The translations under genes and the position numbers were made by a program. The notes beneath the pieces are model-generated. The model was not told where the DNA came from, made no database searches, and was given only the letters and a program-made list of their open reading frames with translations. From positions 1,490 to 65,489 of the forward strand of contig JAZKIP010000009.1 of NCBI GenBank assembly GCA_040384805.1: a DNA stretch of 64,000 bases, in the 5' to 3' direction. Positions 1 to 9,191 of this stretch are shown here, piece by piece (within the stretch, counting starts at the first letter, position 1; each line of letters opens with the position of its first letter). Origin of the DNA: Patescibacteria group bacterium (GTDB lineage Bacteria; Patescibacteriota; Minisyncoccia; Phycocordibacterales; UBA9973).

Positions 1-570
1 GATGTTCGCCTTGAGGTGATGGATCAAGGAGACTTGATTCTGCCGGATGGCTACCAAGACGGAGAGTGGTTTACACCGCTCGACGTGGCATGGGATGCCA
101 TCTGTGACGAGAGTTATCTGAATGGTAATTTATTTTACCGTTTTGGGGATAGTCTCAGCGGGAAATATCCAATCCTTAAAGGAGCTTTCTCCCGTTTTGG
201 CGAGAACTTGGGTTGGTCGTTGATCAACAAATATTCGTTGATCTACGACTTAGCTCACGACAAATTCGTTAAGGACGATGAGCTGTTGGTCATTGTCGCT
301 CAAAGCGACCTACCACTTCTCATTATGGAACTGCAAATTCTGGAGGGACACACCGATGTCACTCTAGAGAACTTGTCGTACAAATGTTGGGAGGTCTATA
401 AAAGTGGCCTTCAAGCAAAAATGTATGACAAAAATACTGAAGGCGATGGCAATTTTGACATCGCCATGGGCTATGTCGGGAATTTTAATTTGTCGGATTT
501 CGTTAAAAGCGGATTCGATGTCACCATTAAAAATGCTGGCTTACTGCTGGCGGAAAGGAGGTTGTTATGA
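1..570 (+). CDS. hypothetical protein, C-terminal portion (ORF open at window start)
   Basis: Frame-1 ORF 16..570 has no stop codon upstream to position 1. Protein is acidic/aromatic-rich with no motif I recognise. Confidence 0.35.
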   Translation, partial: DVRLEVMDQGDLILPDGYQDGEWFTPLDVAWDAICDESYLNGNLFYRFGDSLSGKYPILKGAFSRFGENLGWSLINKYSLIYDLAHDKFVKDDELLVIVAQSDLPLLIMELQILEGHTDVTLENLSYKCWEVYKSGLQAKMYDKNTEGDGNFDIAMGYVGNFNLSDFVKSGFDVTIKNAGLLLAERRLL

Positions 571-1469
571 AAAAAGAAAAAAGCGCGATCCCGATCGTGT
601 TTACTTTTGATGACAACTACGCCTTGCCAGCGGCAGTTGCCATCAAATCCCTCATTCACACAGGCAAGCGGGGGACCTGGTATGACATTTATTGTCTGTA
701 CCAGAATTTGTCGGATCAAAACCGTCGGGCACTTAACCAAGTGGCGAAAATCAACTGGATAAAGGTTAATGAAAGCCTCTTTACGGGCGCGCCGACCAGT
801 GTCGAATATCCGGTGGATGTCTATTATCGCTTGGCGATACATGACATCCTGCCCCAGTATGACAAGATTATCTACAGCGATGTGGATGTCCTGTTTCAGG
901 GCGACCTGACGGCAGTGTACAAGATGAATATGGAGGGCGCTTATTGGGCAGGCGTTCCTCTGGAAAAAAATGAGGTGCCTAGCCTCAAGGCCGTTTCCGC
1001 GCAGATTGGCAATCCGGACGACGCAAAATTCATGTCCGGACACACCAAGTTTGCCGAAAACAGCAATGCGAACATTTTCGCTAACGGTTTTATGGTTATT
1101 AACGTAAAAAAGATGCGTGAAGACCGTATGACCGAAAAATTCCTGCAAACTATCAAACAGTTTTCAGGAAGGTTGAAGATGTTCGACCTTGAGGTGCTGA
1201 ATCTCGCGTGCCAGAATGGAACGATCAAATCGCTTCCGTTCGAGTACTGTGTCCTTGAGGATATCGCGATAGCGAAGGATTACAGGAAAACAAACCTCTA
1301 TCCTTTTCTGTCGAGAGTATTCTCAGACAAAGAACTCACACATGCTGTTCGCAAGCCGGTAATCTTACATTATACCGGGGCGAATACAGTGCGAGTGTGG
1401 CATCGCGACGAAAAAATTCAGCCGTCGCCGTACAAGTTTTTCTTCAGTATGGTGGCGGTATTGTTGTAA
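567..1469 (+). CDS. glycosyltransferase family 8 (LgtC/GspA-like)
   Basis: N-terminal IVFTFDDNYALPAAVAIKSL and downstream YSDVDVL (DxD-like) motifs typical of GT8. Overlaps the upstream ORF by 4 nt. Confidence 0.7.
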   Translation: MKKEKSAIPIVFTFDDNYALPAAVAIKSLIHTGKRGTWYDIYCLYQNLSDQNRRALNQVAKINWIKVNESLFTGAPTSVEYPVDVYYRLAIHDILPQYDKIIYSDVDVLFQGDLTAVYKMNMEGAYWAGVPLEKNEVPSLKAVSAQIGNPDDAKFMSGHTKFAENSNANIFANGFMVINVKKMREDRMTEKFLQTIKQFSGRLKMFDLEVLNLACQNGTIKSLPFEYCVLEDIAIAKDYRKTNLYPFLSRVFSDKELTHAVRKPVILHYTGANTVRVWHRDEKIQPSPYKFFFSMVAVLL

Positions 1470-1502
1470 AAAAATAAAAACCAGTCGAGGAGGACTGACA
1501 AA

Positions 1503-2123
1503 ATGAAAGAATTAAATTTTTCTTCGTCAGCTCGTATCCTCGTGCTGGCACCACATCCGGACGATGAATCCATTGGTTGTGGAGGACTTCTCTTGAAGTA
1601 CCCAGGCCAATGCGATGTCATTGTCCTCACCGATGGCCGTCATGGTGGTCTACCGGGACAAAATGAAAAAGAAACCATGGCTATGCGTACGTCAGAGTTT
1701 AAAAAAGCAATGACGTACGCACGGGTAAAAAATTTTTCGTTCCTTGGAGTAGGAGACAGCAAACTGAGCGAAAGTTTCGCAAAGTTTGCTAGTTTGGACA
1801 CGAGTGGTTATGATGCCATTTTCTGTCCAGCTCCGGGGGATAATCACGTGGATCATATGTGCGTGTGCGAATTCTTGCTGAGGCTCAACCCTCAAGCAAG
1901 AATTTTCGGGTATGAAGTATGGTCTGCACTAGCCGTTCCCTCGCACTACTTGGATATTTCCAATGTAGTCGAAGGAAAAAAGAAGCTAATCAATTTTCAT
2001 GAGTCCCAAGTGGCTCAGGTTGATTATGTTGCCAAAGCGATCGGATTAAATTGCTTCCGCGGGATGCTGGTGTATCCGGCAATCCAATATGCAGAGGTGT
2101 ATGAAGAATTAGGGTTAGGGTAA
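1503..2123 (+). CDS. PIG-L/LmbE family N-acetylglucosaminyl deacetylase
   Basis: ILVLAPHPDDESIGCGG signature near the N-terminus; conserved His/Asp further on. Confidence 0.7.
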   Translation: MKELNFSSSARILVLAPHPDDESIGCGGLLLKYPGQCDVIVLTDGRHGGLPGQNEKETMAMRTSEFKKAMTYARVKNFSFLGVGDSKLSESFAKFASLDTSGYDAIFCPAPGDNHVDHMCVCEFLLRLNPQARIFGYEVWSALAVPSHYLDISNVVEGKKKLINFHESQVAQVDYVAKAIGLNCFRGMLVYPAIQYAEVYEELGLG

Positions 2124-2130
2124 AAAATTG

Positions 2131-2177
2131 GAAAGGGACGATTCTGTTTAAATACATGGCAACCCTTTCCTTTCTTA
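2131..2177 (+). terminator. hairpin GGAAAGGG..CCCTTTCC followed by a T-rich tract
   Basis: 8-bp GC-rich stem seen directly, 8 nt after the PIG-L stop. Confidence 0.5.
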
Positions 2178-2447
2178 TTAGGTTCCTGATTGAGAGAATC
2201 GGGGATCGATAGGGAAAGTAAGGTGTGTCGTCTCCGGCATGCTGTCTAATTTCACACGATATGGGCGGATACATCTCTCTCCTCGCCGAAGCTTTTATTT
2301 TATATTATCGCTTCGGTCATTCGCTCCGTACGAAATCAGATAGCATACTTGAGATGAAAAATAAAAGGCCTCCGACGATATGGATCGCGGAGGTTTTTCT
2401 TTTATTAAAATAATTTTTATGCGGCAATAAGTCTCGAGAGTAACGAA

Positions 2448-2837
2448 CTACTTGTCAGAGGAGTACCATACGCCTCCATTTAGCAAAGAATACGCTAACC
2501 CGGCAGATTTATTTGTTTTTCCATAGTCATAATATGCAACTAAGGGGTACAACATAAAAAAATCTTTCTGGCTCCATGCTTTTTCTGCAAACTCTCCTAC
2601 AAAAGCTAAACTGACTTCTGGCTCAATAATAATGACATCAGTTTTATTCTCACAGATGAATTCAATGAGATTATTAATGGGGGTGTTTTCTGAAAAAACT
2701 GTAATTGATTCTTTGTTTTCCACTATTAAATATCGTACAAGATCCTGCGATAGGGCTTGCTTTTCTTCCTGATCGTCTCCGATAAGGACAATTTTCTTGT
2801 TTATCATGAGGTAAGTATTTTCTATACTATACCACAA
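2448..2837 (-). CDS. hypothetical protein (weak receiver-like N-terminus KIVLIGDD; internal start at 2807 possible)
   Basis: ORF immediately downstream of clpP on the same strand. No conserved phospho-acceptor Asp, so it is not a confident response regulator. Confidence 0.3.
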   Translation of the reverse strand: MWYSIENTYLMINKKIVLIGDDQEEKQALSQDLVRYLIVENKESITVFSENTPINNLIEFICENKTDVIIIEPEVSLAFVGEFAEKAWSQKDFFMLYPLVAYYDYGKTNKSAGLAYSLLNGGVWYSSDK

Positions 2838-2843
2838 TTTGAT

Positions 2844-3434
2844 TTATTTTCCAGCCTTCGGCTTTGCGACGATCTCATCGACGATGCCGTACTTTTTGGC
2901 TTCATCGGCTGTCATATAGTAGTCTCGGTCAGAGTCTTTGTCGATTTGGGCGACAGACTGGCCGGTGTTCTTAGCGAGGATCTTGTTGAGAGTGTCTTTG
3001 GTGCGCAGGATGTGCTTGGCATTGATGGCGATATCGGATGCCTGGCCTTCGGCGCCGCCCATGACCTGATGGATCATGACTTCGGAATTCGGCAGGGCAT
3101 AGCGCTTGCCTTTCGCGCCTGCTGACAGGAGCACTGCTCCCATCGACGCTGCGATGCCGACGCAGATGGTCGAGACATCGGCTTTGACAAAGCTCATCGT
3201 ATCAACGATGGCAAGTCCTGCTGTGACCGAACCTCCCGGAGAGTTGATATAAAGCTGGATGTCTTTTTTCGAATCCGCGTGATCGAGGTACAGGAGCTGG
3301 GCGATGACGAGATTGGCGACATGATCGTCGATCGGGCCGCCAAGAAAGATAATGCGGTCGTTCAAAAGGCGCGAATAAATGTCATATGCGCGCTCGCCGA
3401 ATTGCGATTTTTCGATAACTGTAGGAATAAGCAT
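2844..3434 (-). CDS. clpP: ATP-dependent Clp protease proteolytic subunit
   Basis: GGPIDD..., [15 protein letters not shown], catalytic Ser/His/Asp context; classic ClpP over the full length. Confidence 0.92.
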   Translation of the reverse strand: MLIPTVIEKSQFGERAYDIYSRLLNDRIIFLGGPIDDHVANLVIAQLLYLDHADSKKDIQLYINSPGGSVTAGLAIVDTMSFVKADVSTICVGIAASMGAVLLSAGAKGKRYALPNSEVMIHQVMGGAEGQASDIAINAKHILRTKDTLNKILAKNTGQSVAQIDKDSDRDYYMTADEAKKYGIVDEIVAKPKAGK

Positions 3435-3607
3435 AAATGAAAATAAGAATTAATTTGTATATTTCTCCTAGTTGATATTACCATATCTCGTCCCGTTTGA
3501 AATTTAAATGCATTCGATTCTAAATTTCTTGCGGGATAACTGTAGGAATTAACATAATGTAGAAATAAAATTAAGCTGATATATCTAGCTGACTAATTAT
3601 AGCATTT

Positions 3608-4660
3608 CTATTGTTCCTCAAGGAATTTAAACACTTTTTCATTTTCAAGCATATTCTCCACATAGGCGCGAGCGCGGGCGGGATCCGCATCCTTGTATGC
3701 CGTCATGATGTTAGAGACTTCTTTGTCGAGTTCTTCCACGGTCGGCTTGAGCTTTTCCTTGTCTGAAATAGTATGGATGATCATCTGAAGCTTCGCGCGT
3801 TTCTCGGCGTCAGGACGCCATTCGTTGCGAAGCTCCTCCTCGGTTTTCTTGATCTGGATCAGATAATCGTCGAATTTGAATCCCATCTGGGTTATATCAG
3901 CCTCGAGACGATACAAAATTTTATCCGTTTCGCTTTGAATAAGGATCTCAGGAATCTCGCCTCCAGTTTTCTCGAGAAGCTCTTCAATGATGGCAAGGCG
4001 CAGCTTATCTTTCTGCTCAACGTTTTTTTCTTTCTTTAAATTCTCGCGGATCTTGTTCTTGAATGCGTCAACATTCTCAAACTCGCCGAATGACTTTACG
4101 AATTCATCATCAAGAGCGGGCAGTTCTTCTTCGGAAAGTTCGGGATGATCCTGTCCGTCCTCGTGCTCGTGAGCGGGCATAGCCTGATGAGCGCGCATCT
4201 TGCGAAGATCAAGAAGCGCTTTTTCGACGGATGCCTCATCGACGGGAATTTCCTTCGTGTACTCTTCGTTCTTGGCATGAGCCTTGGCAAGCGTCTTATA
4301 GTCAGGCAGTTTCATTTCAGGCAATACGGCGGTGACGATCTTAAATTCAAGCGGCGACCCTTTGGCGATCTTGGTAATGGCGATCTCTGGACGTCCGATC
4401 GCGTCGAGCTTGTGTTCCTCGATGATTTTCGGATATGCGTCATAGAGTGCCTGTTCGGCCATTTCTTCGAGTATCATCATTTCCGTGACATTCTCCCGTA
4501 CGACAGTGGCCGGAGCCTTTCCCTTGCGGAATCCGGGGAGTTCAAGACGGTCGCCGATAATGCGAAGAGCCTTGTCTTCATATTTTTCGAATTCTATAAC
4601 TTCAAGAATACCTGTTATCTCGACTTGGCTTTTGTCTAGTTTTTTGGTGGTTGTTTGCAT
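3608..4660 (-). CDS. tig: trigger factor (short form lacking the FKBP/PPIase domain)
   Basis: N-terminal ribosome-binding domain with the GFRKGKAP signature. The C-terminal arm motif LPALDDEFVKSFG follows the N domain directly, with no PPIase segment. Conserved tig-clpP order. Confidence 0.8.
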   Translation of the reverse strand: MQTTTKKLDKSQVEITGILEVIEFEKYEDKALRIIGDRLELPGFRKGKAPATVVRENVTEMMILEEMAEQALYDAYPKIIEEHKLDAIGRPEIAITKIAKGSPLEFKIVTAVLPEMKLPDYKTLAKAHAKNEEYTKEIPVDEASVEKALLDLRKMRAHQAMPAHEHEDGQDHPELSEEELPALDDEFVKSFGEFENVDAFKNKIRENLKKEKNVEQKDKLRLAIIEELLEKTGGEIPEILIQSETDKILYRLEADITQMGFKFDDYLIQIKKTEEELRNEWRPDAEKRAKLQMIIHTISDKEKLKPTVEELDKEVSNIMTAYKDADPARARAYVENMLENEKVFKFLEEQ

Positions 4661-4817
4661 GATTTAGTACGGTAATAATTATTTCTAATTAGTCTTAATC
4701 TATCTTATTACAGGATATTTGTCTAATTAAGACTTATTATATCTTCCATATTGACTTATTATAACGGATTTGTTATATATAACCTATACGTTATTTAATA
4801 AGGTCGATATAAAAATT

Positions 4818-5213
4818 ATGGAAAATTGGTCTATAGAATTATGGGTAACAGAAGACGGTGTTTGCAGGGTTGATAAAGATCTTTTAAAAAAGCTGAGAAA
4901 TAAGGAAAAATTCCTCTTCAAGTCTTTGGAAGAAAAAATGAGACAGTACACATCGGCAAAAATTGCCGATGTTCAGCATCAAAAAGACTTAGAGAAAGTT
5001 AAAAATGAAGTGGATATGTGGGAATTGAAATTTCACTTATCCAAGAATGAAATACGATTTCTCGGATACATGGATCTTCAGAAAGAATTCTCCGTTTTCT
5101 ATGCGCTTTATGCTTTTAAGAAAAAGAACCAGGAGATCATGGAAAAACATAAGATAGCGGCGCGTAATCGCGTAAAAGAATTTACTAATTATTTTAATCG
5201 CAATGGACTTTAA
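4818..5213 (+). CDS. putative toxin, HigB/Gp49-like (RelE/ParE superfamily, DUF891-like)
   Basis: Small basic protein starting MENWSIELWV... Overlaps the downstream HTH gene by 11 nt in HigB-HigA order. ORF track start 4770; internal ATG at 4818 preferred. Confidence 0.45.
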   Translation: MENWSIELWVTEDGVCRVDKDLLKKLRNKEKFLFKSLEEKMRQYTSAKIADVQHQKDLEKVKNEVDMWELKFHLSKNEIRFLGYMDLQKEFSVFYALYAFKKKNQEIMEKHKIAARNRVKEFTNYFNRNGL

Positions 5214-5571
5214 AAAATACTTTGAACAACAGAATATCTCCTTAACGGACAAAGAAAGAATCGCCGTTAAGGTCGGAGGACTTATAACTGCTGCCCGGCT
5301 TTATGCGCGTCTCTCCCAGAAGGAATTGGCGGAGAAAATCGGCACGCAGCAGCCGAGCGTCGCGCGCGCGGAGAAGGGCGAAGTCATCGCGAGCGTCGAG
5401 TTTCTCGATAAGATCGCGAGAGCGATAAAAACAGAACTCATCCTGCGCTTTAGCTTTATGGAAGAGAAAATAAAGACGCAGACCGTCGAGAACAGCATTG
5501 ATGTGTCGCACAGCTCTTCGGGTTTCGTTGTTTCGCCCTTGTCCGGCAGTTATCAGATTTTATTTAAATAA
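5203..5571 (+). CDS. HTH XRE-family (Cro/C1-type) DNA-binding protein, putative HigA-like antitoxin
   Basis: LSQKELAEKIGTQQPSVARAEKG helix-turn-helix signature. Confidence 0.6.
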   Translation: MDFKKYFEQQNISLTDKERIAVKVGGLITAARLYARLSQKELAEKIGTQQPSVARAEKGEVIASVEFLDKIARAIKTELILRFSFMEEKIKTQTVENSIDVSHSSSGFVVSPLSGSYQILFK

Positions 5572-5575
5572 CCTT

Positions 5576-6067
5576 ATGAACAAAAAAGAAAATCAAAAAG
5601 TGGAACATATGATGACGATGCTGTGCAGCTCGTCCGCCGTCGATAAGGACAGCAACAGCTTGTCGCTCTTCAACATGATCGAAGAGATCACCGTCGATTT
5701 TAAAACAGAAAACAATCAGCCGATTAACTTTACCCAGAAAAAAGGCGTCCCCATTCCTTTTGAACTTGTTTCTATCTGGAACCGGCCGGATGACTCTCCT
5801 GAAGTCTCCACTGAAATCAAGATGGTACTTCACGATCCTGACGGAGAGATCATGCAGGAATCGGTTTCTCCGCTTGAGATCAAGAATCCTCACCACAGAA
5901 TGAGAATCAGGGTAAAGGGGAACGGTCTTAATGTTACCAAGCAGGGGAAATATTATTTCTCCATTTTGTTCAAGAACGACGGTTCCTTTGATGAGGTCGT
6001 CCGGGTTCCGCTTACGGTCAAAGTTTCCACTCCTATTCCGTCGGATCTTCGGATCTTGAAAAAATAA
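5576..6067 (+). CDS. hypothetical protein
   Basis: ORF 5498..6067. Start at MNKKENQ (5576) preferred because the upstream portion overlaps the HTH gene. No recognisable domain. Confidence 0.4.
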   Translation: MNKKENQKVEHMMTMLCSSSAVDKDSNSLSLFNMIEEITVDFKTENNQPINFTQKKGVPIPFELVSIWNRPDDSPEVSTEIKMVLHDPDGEIMQESVSPLEIKNPHHRMRIRVKGNGLNVTKQGKYYFSILFKNDGSFDEVVRVPLTVKVSTPIPSDLRILKK

Positions 6068-6086
6068 ATAAAATACTAAAACAAAA

Positions 6087-6113
6087 CACTCCGCAACCTG
6101 CGGAGTGTTTTGG
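6087..6113. terminator. bidirectional rho-independent terminator CACTCCGCA-ACC-TGCGGAGTG flanked by A- and T-tracts
   Basis: 9-bp perfect stem between convergent genes (5576..6067 + and ppa -). Confidence 0.7.
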
Positions 6114-6116
6114 AAA

Positions 6117-6653
6117 CTATTTGCCGAACTTCTCTTCGTAGAGCGTGATCGATCGGTGAATTGCTTCGATCGCTGCAGCCTTGTCTTTAAAACCATGTAC
6201 AGTTACGATGCTTTGTTTCGCCTTGAGTGCTTTATAGGTCTGGAAGAAGTCAGCGAATTCGCGCAATGAGTGTTTATTGATATCCTTTAAATCCTTTACA
6301 TCTTCCCAACGCTGGTCATCGATCGGAACGGCGATTATCTTACTGTCAGATTCGCCGCTATCTATCATTTCCATGATCCCGACGGGACGGACATTTACGA
6401 GTATTCCCGATGGAATCGGATAGGTTGAAAGCACAAGCACATCAAGCGCATCGCCGTCTTCCCAGAGAGTTTGTGGGACGAAACCATAGTCGAAAGGATA
6501 TGCTGTCGGCCCGTAGTTCGCACGATCAAGCTTGATCATGCCGGTGTCCTTGTCTATTTCATATTTATTATTCGATCCTTTTGGAATTTCAATTATGCAA
6601 TTGAATTCCTCCGGAATATTCTTGCCTCGTGTTACTTCATGCCACAGATTCAT
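6117..6653 (-). CDS. ppa: inorganic pyrophosphatase
   Basis: EIPKGSNNKYEIDKDTG..., DGDALDVLV and other family I PPase signature segments. Confidence 0.92.
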   Translation of the reverse strand: MNLWHEVTRGKNIPEEFNCIIEIPKGSNNKYEIDKDTGMIKLDRANYGPTAYPFDYGFVPQTLWEDGDALDVLVLSTYPIPSGILVNVRPVGIMEMIDSGESDSKIIAVPIDDQRWEDVKDLKDINKHSLREFADFFQTYKALKAKQSIVTVHGFKDKAAAIEAIHRSITLYEEKFGK

Positions 6654-6690
6654 AATAGTTATTTATTTGATTACTGTTGTTAATGTGCGA

Positions 6691-7863
6691 CTATGCAGGC
6701 GTTCCATCATCAACCAATCCTGTATCTTCCAGTATATCACTGTCGCTTGAAACGACCTCGCCTTCGACTCCCTTGATATCGATTCTCCAGCCGGTTAATT
6801 TCGCAGCAAGGCGGACGTTCTGGCCGCCCTTGCCGATGGCAAGAGATAACTGGTCGGCGGCAACTTCGACGGCTGCCTTGTGCTCCTGTTCGGAGACTTC
6901 AATATCAAGCACATGAGCGGGAGAAAGAGCGCTTGCGATATATGTTGCACTATCGGCGCTCCACGGGATAATGTCGATCTTCTCTCCGTTAAGCTCGCTC
7001 ATGACGGTCGTGACGCGGATGCCTTTCTGTCCCACGCATGATCCGACAGGATCAACATGGTCGTCATTGGAATAGACTGCGATCTTCGAGCGCGATCCCG
7101 CTTCGCGGGCGATGGCCTTTATTTCAACGACGCCTGAGGCGATCTCGGGCGCTTCAATGGCGAAGAGCCCCTCGATAAATTGAGGATGAGTACGGGAAAG
7201 CTTGAGATTGACTCCGCGCGGCGTTTCCTCGACAGAGTAGAGATATGCGCGAATGCGATCGCCTCTCCTGTAGAATTCTCCCGGTATCTGCTCTTCGGGA
7301 AGAAGGATACCCGTTGCGCGGTTGAAGTCAATGTAGACGACATTCCGCTCGACTTTCTGAATGAAACCGTTGATGATCTCGCCTTCCTTGCTGCCGTATT
7401 CGTCGACGATGGCGCTCCGTTCCGCTTCGCGGATCTTCTGGATGATCACCTGCTTCGCTGTCTGAGCGGCGATGCGGCCGAAATCATCTTTGCTCTCAAG
7501 AGGGAAAATGATCTCCTCTCCGAGCTTTACGTCGCTTTTTATTTTCTTCGCATCCTCGATCAATATATGATGCTCTTCGTTGAACCTGACGCGATCATCG
7601 TCTTCCGGTATCTCTTCCTCATCGTCTTCATCAGTTGTCATGCGAACCAGAGAGTCGTCGACAACGATCTTTACCTGGTAAAATTCCATTTTTGCTGCAT
7701 CAAGATCGATATGAACGCGGACAATCTGGCCTTTTTTGCCGTAATCCTTTTTATATGCGGCGGCTAAAGCCTGTTCCATGGCGTCTATGATCTTTTCATA
7801 GGGTACTTTCCTGTCTTCCTTGAGCTGTTCGATGGCTGATTTTATGGCTTTTAAATCTAACAT
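6691..7863 (-). CDS. nusA: transcription termination/antitermination factor NusA
   Basis: N-terminal domain, S1 and two KH domains recognisable (GVVEIKAIAREAGSRSKIAV..., GKGGQNVRLAAKLTGWRIDI). Confidence 0.9.
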   Translation of the reverse strand: MLDLKAIKSAIEQLKEDRKVPYEKIIDAMEQALAAAYKKDYGKKGQIVRVHIDLDAAKMEFYQVKIVVDDSLVRMTTDEDDEEEIPEDDDRVRFNEEHHILIEDAKKIKSDVKLGEEIIFPLESKDDFGRIAAQTAKQVIIQKIREAERSAIVDEYGSKEGEIINGFIQKVERNVVYIDFNRATGILLPEEQIPGEFYRRGDRIRAYLYSVEETPRGVNLKLSRTHPQFIEGLFAIEAPEIASGVVEIKAIAREAGSRSKIAVYSNDDHVDPVGSCVGQKGIRVTTVMSELNGEKIDIIPWSADSATYIASALSPAHVLDIEVSEQEHKAAVEVAADQLSLAIGKGGQNVRLAAKLTGWRIDIKGVEGEVVSSDSDILEDTGLVDDGTPA

Positions 7864-8081
7864 ATTCGTTTGGAGACTGAATATTACAGCTATTAAGCCT
7901 AATAACCAGTCTTTTATTAAGTTTTCTAAAAATAAAAGTCCGGTTTCGAAACGGACTGGAATATGAATATATTACTATATAAGGGTATTTCAGTCAAATC
8001 CCGTTAATGAGTTTTAACAACCCTACCTCTTCCTTTATATCTGTAAAGATTATAGTGTCAAAAGTTGCTATTGGGCAAATC

Positions 8082-8101
8082 TGTGGATAAAATGTGGATA
8101 A
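8082..8101. promoter_or_regulatory. two tandem perfect DnaA boxes (TGTGGATAA = TTATCCACA on the other strand), 11 bp start-to-start
   Basis: Exact 9-mers at 8082..8090 and 8093..8101. A third exact copy sits at 9111..9119. Confidence 0.5.
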
Positions 8102-8289
8102 ATATTGACTAAAAGTCAAAAATGCGTTATATTGCGAGAAGATCAAGGGTCAGCCCTTGGATTTGTGGTTCATTGAAAAATAGGTTTATTTGTTTGAAAA
8201 GCAATTTTCATCTTTTTTTGCTGATGAGTGGTAAGGTGAGCATTGTTTTCAAACAAATATTTTTCTAAACCTTTAAATACTAAAAAACC

Positions 8290-9012
8290 ATGAAAAAGTT
8301 TTTCAAAACCCATGATGGCCCGGGATGGGCTGTATTGATAGTCGCTTTTATTCTCAACCTCCTGTTGGGGGGGTGTAGCAAAAAAGGCGCCGATATAGTA
8401 CAGCCTCCTCCCATTGTCGTTGTGCAAAAATTACCAACAGTAACGGCAACCACACCTACAACAAGTGTCTGGTTTAAGGCGAGTCCTGTCGTTGACTACT
8501 CAGCCAACGATGCTGACTCGGTTCTCGTTAACGGTAAAAAGCTAAGTGCTCTCTCCGGCAGTATTCCTTTAACTGAATTACAAAGTGACACAACCCTGGC
8601 TTTTGCTGCTAAGAACAAGTTTGGTGTAGCCGGTTCCACTCTGTCTCTCCATGTTTATTCGCCTTTCCGCACCTTATTGTGCCAGTACGACCGATTCACG
8701 ATGAGCACTTACACTGTTCAGGCTGAGAACTCTTCGAACATTGAAACAAAATCAATTGTCAAAGACACTATTCAGTTTAAACCGAACGATTCCACGTATA
8801 CAAACAAGTATAATGAACCCGGAGTGCGGCGTGGCGGGAAGTATCAACTTTTCAACGAATGGTCTGCAACTGGCCGTCAATTGAAGTGGGGTGATCTGTG
8901 GGAGATAGATCATATTAATGCTTCAGGATTTAAATGCTACATGAGGAAACCATCACTGGATAACGCAAACGTATGGATTATCCATACTCAGGAGTATATC
9001 CGTGTTCAATAA
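8290..9012 (+). CDS. lipoprotein, function unknown
   Basis: Signal peptide followed by the lipobox LLGGC; remainder Thr/Ser-rich with no known domain. Confidence 0.6.
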   Translation: MKKFFKTHDGPGWAVLIVAFILNLLLGGCSKKGADIVQPPPIVVVQKLPTVTATTPTTSVWFKASPVVDYSANDADSVLVNGKKLSALSGSIPLTELQSDTTLAFAAKNKFGVAGSTLSLHVYSPFRTLLCQYDRFTMSTYTVQAENSSNIETKSIVKDTIQFKPNDSTYTNKYNEPGVRRGGKYQLFNEWSATGRQLKWGDLWEIDHINASGFKCYMRKPSLDNANVWIIHTQEYIRVQ

Positions 9013-9071
9013 GTTTTTTTAATTTTTAAGTTGAGTTTTAGTGGTTTTGCTCAACAAGTGTCGAATGTCAA

Positions 9072-9108
9072 TGCTGCTCTACCTAATACGGGGGCAGCAT
9101 TTTTTTTG
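9072..9108 (+). terminator. rho-independent terminator (ATGCTGC..GCAGCAT + T8)
   Basis: Stem plus an uninterrupted T-run seen directly, 60 nt after the lipoprotein stop. Confidence 0.7.
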
Positions 9109-9191
9109 TTTGTGGATAACTTTTTTTCCTGAATAAGAAAATGCTATACTTATAAGGTAATAATTAATATACGCAATCTCTTATTTTTATC

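Noticed and set aside
2124-2447. Possible SRP RNA, RNase P RNA or 6S RNA in ORF-free stretches (also 36442..36853)
   Set aside because: None of the conserved cores (SRP RNA GGAAGCAGCCA-type domain IV, RNase P P4 consensus) could be located by eye. Only generic hairpins were seen.
7864-8289. Chromosomal origin (oriC)
   Set aside because: Only two adjacent DnaA boxes plus one distant. No dnaA/dnaN neighbourhood and no clear AT-rich unwinding element. Kept as a regulatory-site finding only.
8170-8427. 85-aa minus-strand ORF in the nusA upstream region
   Set aside because: It overlaps the DnaA-box and promoter region and the start of the lipoprotein gene, and has no support.
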